A stretch of 64,000 bases of DNA from Escherichia coli (GTDB lineage Bacteria > Pseudomonadota > Gammaproteobacteria > Enterobacterales > Enterobacteriaceae): the NCBI RefSeq assembly GCF_002854065.1, contig NZ_CP024147.1, one strand, 5' to 3'. The position numbers and the translations under genes were made by a program. Below, piece after piece: positions 60,229-64,000 of this stretch (positions are counted from its first letter, which is position 1; the number at the start of each line of letters is the position of its first letter). The notes below the pieces were generated by a model, which was not told the DNA's origin, searched no databases, and saw only the letters and a program-made list of their open reading frames with translations.

Positions 60229-61404
60229 ATGACAAATCAACCAACGGAAATTGCCATTGTCGGCGGAGGAATGGTCGGCGGCGCACTGGCGCTGGGGCTG
60301 GCACAGCACGGATTTTCGGTAACGGTGATCGAGCACGCAGAACCTGCACCGTTTGTCGCTGATAGCCAACCGGACGTGCGGATCTCGGCGATCAGCGCGG
60401 CTTCGGTATCATTGCTTAAAGGGTTAGGGGTCTGGGATGCAGTACAGGCTATGCGTTGCCATCCTTACCGCAGACTGGAAACGTGGGAGTGGGAAACGGC
60501 GCATGTGGTATTTGACGCAGCCGAATTAAAGTTGCCGTTGCTTGGCTATATGGTAGAAAACACTGTCCTGCAACAGGCATTGTGGCAGGCGCTGGAAGCG
60601 CATCCGAAAGTAACGTTACGTGTGCCAACCTCGCTGATTGCGCTGCATCGCCATGATGATCTTCAGGAGCTGGAGCTGAAAGGCGGTGAAGTGATTCGCG
60701 CGAAGCTGGTGATTGGTGCCGACGGCGCAAATTCGCAGGTGCGGCAGATGGCGGGAATTGGCGTTCATGCATGGCAGTATGCGCAGTCGTGCATGTTGAT
60801 TAGCGTCCAGTGCGAGAACGATCCCGGCGATAGCACCTGGCAGCAATTTACTCCGGACGGACCGCGTGCGTTTCTGCCGTTGTTTGATAACTGGGCATCG
60901 CTGGTGTGGTATGACTCTCCGGCGCGTATTCGCCAGTTGCAGAATATGAATATGGCACAGCTCCAGGCGGAAATCGCGAAGCATTTCCCGTCGCGTCTGG
61001 GTTACGTTACACCGCTTGCCGCTGGTGCATTTCCGCTGACGCGTCGCCATGCGTTGCAGTATGTGCAGCCAGGGCTTGCGCTGGTGGGCGATGCTGCGCA
61101 TACCATCCATCCGCTGGCGGGGCAGGGGGTGAATCTTGGTTATCGTGATGTCGATGCCCTGATTGATGTTCTGGTGAATGCCCGCAGCTACGGCGAAGCG
61201 TGGGCCAGTTATCCTGTCCTCAAGCGTTACCAGATGCGGCGCATGGCGGATAACTTCATTATGCAGAGCGGTATGGATCTGTTTTATGCCGGATTCAGTA
61301 ATAATCTGCCGCCACTGCGTTTTGTGCGTAATCTTGGTTTGATGGCGGCGGAGCGTGCTGGCGTGTTGAAACGTCAGGCGCTGAAATATGCGTTAGGGTT
61401 GTAG
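60229..61404 (+). CDS. ubiF: Ubiquinone biosynthesis flavin-dependent hydroxylase
   Basis: ORF 60223..61404; start set at MTNQPTEIAIVGGGMVGG (FAD-binding motif) for 391 aa. Confidence 0.93.
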   Translation: MTNQPTEIAIVGGGMVGGALALGLAQHGFSVTVIEHAEPAPFVADSQPDVRISAISAASVSLLKGLGVWDAVQAMRCHPYRRLETWEWETAHVVFDAAELKLPLLGYMVENTVLQQALWQALEAHPKVTLRVPTSLIALHRHDDLQELELKGGEVIRAKLVIGADGANSQVRQMAGIGVHAWQYAQSCMLISVQCENDPGDSTWQQFTPDGPRAFLPLFDNWASLVWYDSPARIRQLQNMNMAQLQAEIAKHFPSRLGYVTPLAAGAFPLTRRHALQYVQPGLALVGDAAHTIHPLAGQGVNLGYRDVDALIDVLVNARSYGEAWASYPVLKRYQMRRMADNFIMQSGMDLFYAGFSNNLPPLRFVRNLGLMAAERAGVLKRQALKYALGL

Positions 61405-61510
61405 CCTTACAACATTGCCGGATGCGTGCCAACCGTAGGTCGGATAAGACGCGGCAGCGTCGCATCCGACATTGAAGGATAAGACGTGTCAACATCGCAT
61501 TCGACATTGA
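61405..61510. repeat. REP elements, two adjacent related units
   Basis: GTAGGTCGGATAAGACGCGGCAGCGTCGCATCCGAC resembles the REP consensus, followed by a degenerate second copy (GGATAAGACGTGTCAACATCGCATTCGAC). Confidence 0.6.
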
Positions 61511-61520
61511 ATGAACGCAG

Positions 61521-61555
61521 AAAAGCAAAAAGCTCGCCGAAGCGAGCTTTTTTAA
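61521..61555. terminator. Bidirectional rho-independent terminator (ubiF and the tRNA operon)
   Basis: Hairpin AGCTCGC-CGAA-GCGAGCT flanked by A-rich and T-rich runs. Confidence 0.65.
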
Positions 61556-61557
61556 TG

Positions 61558-61632
61558 TGGCTGGGGTACGAGGATTCGAACCTCGGAATGCCGGAATCAG
61601 AATCCGGTGCCTTACCGCTTGGCGATACCCCA
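61558..61632 (-). tRNA. glnX: tRNA-Gln (anticodon CUG)
   Basis: 75-nt reverse complement of the tRNA-Gln sequence, including the CCA end; anticodon loop ATTCTGATT. Confidence 0.95.
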
Positions 61633-61669
61633 ACTGGGTGCACTTACAAGGTAAGCGTCTTGAATAAAT

Positions 61670-61744
61670 TGGCTGGGGTACGAGGATTCGAACCTCGGAA
61701 TGCCGGAATCAGAATCCGGTGCCTTACCGCTTGGCGATACCCCA
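61670..61744 (-). tRNA. glnV: tRNA-Gln (anticodon CUG)
   Basis: Identical copy of the 61558-61632 sequence. Confidence 0.95.
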
Positions 61745-61791
61745 ACAAATTGGTTTTGAATTTGCCGAACATATTCGACACATTCAGAATT

Positions 61792-61868
61792 TGGTGGCTA
61801 CGACGGGATTCGAACCTGTGACCCCATCATTATGAGTGATGTGCTCTAACCAACTGAGCTACGTAGCC
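61792..61868 (-). tRNA. metU: tRNA-Met (elongator, anticodon CAU)
   Basis: 77-nt reverse complement of elongator tRNA-Met, with CCA. Confidence 0.95.
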
Positions 61869-61883
61869 AGATTGTTTCTTCGA

Positions 61884-61958
61884 TGGCTGGGGTACCTGGA
61901 TTCGAACCAGGGAATGCCGGTATCAAAAACCGGTGCCTTACCGCTTGGCGATACCCCA
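61884..61958 (-). tRNA. glnW: tRNA-Gln (anticodon UUG)
   Basis: 75-nt tRNA-Gln with anticodon loop TTTTTGATA. Confidence 0.95.
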
Positions 61959-61992
61959 ATAACCGGGCGGTGAACCGCTTACTCGAAGAAGA

Positions 61993-62067
61993 TGGCTGGG
62001 GTACCTGGATTCGAACCAGGGAATGCCGGTATCAAAAACCGGTGCCTTACCGCTTGGCGATACCCCA
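61993..62067 (-). tRNA. glnU: tRNA-Gln (anticodon UUG)
   Basis: Identical copy of the 61884-61958 sequence. Confidence 0.95.
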
Positions 62068-62090
62068 TCCGTACAACGCTTTCTGGTGAA

Positions 62091-62175
62091 TGGTGCGGGA
62101 GGCGAGACTTGAACTCGCACACCTTGCGGCGCCAGAACCTAAATCTGGTGCGTCTACCAATTTCGCCACTCCCGC
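62091..62175 (-). tRNA. leuW: tRNA-Leu (anticodon UAG)
   Basis: 85-nt type-II tRNA with a long variable arm, with CCA. Confidence 0.93.
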
Positions 62176-62183
62176 AAAAAAGA

Positions 62184-62260
62184 TGGTGGCTACGACGGGA
62201 TTCGAACCTGTGACCCCATCATTATGAGTGATGTGCTCTAACCAACTGAGCTACGTAGCC
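62184..62260 (-). tRNA. metT: tRNA-Met (elongator, anticodon CAU)
   Basis: Identical to the metU copy. Confidence 0.95.
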
Positions 62261-62292
62261 ATCTTTTTTTCGCGATACCTTATCGGCGTTGC

Positions 62293-62350
62293 GGGGCGCA
62301 TTATGCGTATAGAGCCTTGCAGCGTCAACCTCTTTTTCAAGGAAAATTGC
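62293..62350 (-). promoter_or_regulatory. Stable-RNA promoter of the metT-leuW-glnUW-metU-glnVX tRNA operon
   Basis: On the minus strand: -35 TTGACG (62328-62323), 17-bp spacer, -10 CATAAT (62305-62300), then the GC-rich discriminator GCGCCCCGC and an AT-rich tract upstream. Confidence 0.6.
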
Positions 62351-62600
62351 TCGAAAGTGACTGTTTGGTTAGGTTGCGAACAGCGTGGCGCTATATTCGT
62401 CAATTATTGTTTACTTTGTGTTTTTTCCCCACCCTACAGCCATTCTTTTGTCATACAGGATGAAATTCGGAATTTAACAATAGTGGTGGGAAATTAATCT
62501 ATGAAATACTGGCCTACAGTAATGAGTTGTCAAACAGTGATGTGGCAAACCCGGAACATTTCCTTACTGCATATCAGAATCAACAAGCACCTCAATAACT

Positions 62601-62632
62601 GAAACAGCCCCGGATTTCACCGGGGCTGTTTC
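62601..62632 (-). terminator. Putative terminator downstream of asnB
   Basis: Hairpin AAACAGCCCCGG-(loop)-CCGGGGCTGTTT; the U-tract is weak. Confidence 0.45.
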
Positions 62633-62639
62633 GCATTTC

Positions 62640-64000
62640 TTACTTATACGCCGACTGGTGAACACCAACCGCGCGACCAGACGGATCGTCCATTTTCTTG
62701 AACGCTTCATCCCATTCGATCGCTTTAGCGGAAGAACACGCGACGGAAGGACCGCCCGGCACGCACTCAGCGGCGCTCGGAAGCGGGAATAGTTCTTCAA
62801 AGATCTCCCGGTACAGATACGCTTCTTTTGAGGTCGGTGTGTTGTACGGGAAGCGGAAGCGGGCAGTTTCCAGCTGTTGATCAGAAACCTGCTGCGCCGC
62901 CACTTCTTTCAGGGTGTCGATCCAACTGTAACCGACGCCATCGGAGAACTGCTCTTTCTGCCGCCAGGCCACGCTTGCGGGCAGGTATGACTCAAAACAT
63001 TCACGCAGGATGTGTTTTTCCATCTTGCCGTTACCGCACATTTTATCCTGCGGGTTAATGCGCATCGCCACGTCGAGGAATTTCTTGTCGAGGAACGGAA
63101 CGCGTGCTTCCACGCCCCAGGCTGACATCGCTTTGTTGGCACGCGCGCAGTCATACATATGGAGGGCCAGCAGTTTACGCACCGTCTCTTCATGCAGTTC
63201 TTTGGCATTCGGTGCTTTGTGGAAGTAAAGATAACCGCCGAACACTTCATCAGAACCTTCACCGGACAGCACCATTTTAATGCCCATCGCTTTGATCTTA
63301 CGCGACATTAAATACATCGGTGTTGAAGCGCGAATAGTGGTCACATCATAGGTTTCGATGTGGTAAATCACGTCGCGGATGGCGTCCAGACCTTCCTGTA
63401 CAGTGAAGTGAATTTCATGATGCACAGTGCCCAGATGGTTTGCCACTTCCTGGGCTGCTTTCAGATCCGGTGAACCCGGCAGACCTACAGCAAAGGAGTG
63501 TAACTGCGGCCACCAGGCTTCAGAGCGTTCCTGATCTTCCACGCGACGGGCTGCGTATTTCTTGGTGATAGCGGAAATAATTGAGGAATCCAGACCACCA
63601 GAAAGCAGCACACCGTAAGGCACATCAGACATCAGATGGCTTTTAACGGAATCTTCCAGAGCCTGACGCAGCTCGTTTTTGTCGGTGACATTATCTTTCA
63701 CCGCATCGTAGTCGAACCAGTCGCGATGATAATAAGAACGGATTTCGCCGTCCTGACTCCACAAATAGCTCCCCGCCGGGAACTCTTTAATCGTGCGGCA
63801 TACCGGCACGAGGGCTTTCATTTCTGAGGCCACATACAGCTGACCATGTTCGTCATAGCCCATATACAGTGGGATGATCCCCAGATGGTCGCGACCAATC
63901 AGGTAGGCATCTTTTTCGCTGTCGTACAGGGCAAAGGCAAACATGCCCTGCAAGTCGTCGAGAAATTCCGGCCCTTTTTCCTGATACAGCGCGAGGATCA
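62640..64000 (-). CDS. asnB: Asparagine synthetase B (glutamine-hydrolysing), 3' portion; start lies outside the window
   Basis: Minus-strand frame open to the window end; the translated portion includes the PP-loop motif SGGLDSS and matches the AsnB C-terminal domain. Confidence 0.9.
   Translation of the reverse strand, partial: ILALYQEKGPEFLDDLQGMFAFALYDSEKDAYLIGRDHLGIIPLYMGYDEHGQLYVASEMKALVPVCRTIKEFPAGSYLWSQDGEIRSYYHRDWFDYDAVKDNVTDKNELRQALEDSVKSHLMSDVPYGVLLSGGLDSSIISAITKKYAARRVEDQERSEAWWPQLHSFAVGLPGSPDLKAAQEVANHLGTVHHEIHFTVQEGLDAIRDVIYHIETYDVTTIRASTPMYLMSRKIKAMGIKMVLSGEGSDEVFGGYLYFHKAPNAKELHEETVRKLLALHMYDCARANKAMSAWGVEARVPFLDKKFLDVAMRINPQDKMCGNGKMEKHILRECFESYLPASVAWRQKEQFSDGVGYSWIDTLKEVAAQQVSDQQLETARFRFPYNTPTSKEAYLYREIFEELFPLPSAAECVPGGPSVACSSAKAIEWDEAFKKMDDPSGRAVGVHQSAYK

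Noticed and set aside
61486-62213. Several 60-110-aa ORFs on both strands
   Set aside because: They overlap the seven tRNA genes and their spacers. The apparent similarity among them only reflects the repeated tRNA sequences.
61558-62260. Regularly spaced near-identical 75-77-bp repeats that could suggest a CRISPR-like array
   Set aside because: The repeats are full tRNA genes with CCA ends and cloverleaf-compatible sequence, the intervening segments are not of uniform length, and no cas genes are nearby.

Overview
This window reads as a contiguous Escherichia coli chromosomal segment running from the 3' end of ybdL to the 3' part of asnB, and all gene calls rest on ORF-track translations matched from memory to known E. 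coli proteins, with no database search run. It is mostly core genome: dsbG, ahpCF, uspG, ybdR, rnk, rna, the citrate-fermentation locus (citT, citGXFEDC, dpiBA), dcuC, pagP, cspE, crcB, tatE, lipA/lipB, the dacA-rlpA-mrdBA-rlmH-rsfS-cobC-nadD-holA-lptE-leuS block, gltLKJI, lnt-corC-ybeY-ybeZ-miaB, ubiF and a seven-tRNA operon. Two regions stand out as candidate under-characterised systems. The first is the overlapping ybdN/ybdM pair (PAPS-reductase-like PP-loop protein plus ParB/Srx-like DGFHR protein), whose upstream LysR-type gene ybdO is split by a complete 768-bp IS1 with a perfect 9-bp target duplication. The second is a tandemly duplicated three-gene module (Sel1-repeat protein, DUF1266-like protein, J-domain membrane protein: ybeQ-ybeR-djlB and ybeT-ybeU-djlC) next to the Hsp70 gene hscC. 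Smaller observations include an apparent 1-bp frameshift splitting the LysR regulator ybeF, an intact ybeM, an unannotated 29-codon hydrophobic ORF between ybdR and rnk, and the gltI-gltJ hairpin consistent with the sRNA SroC.
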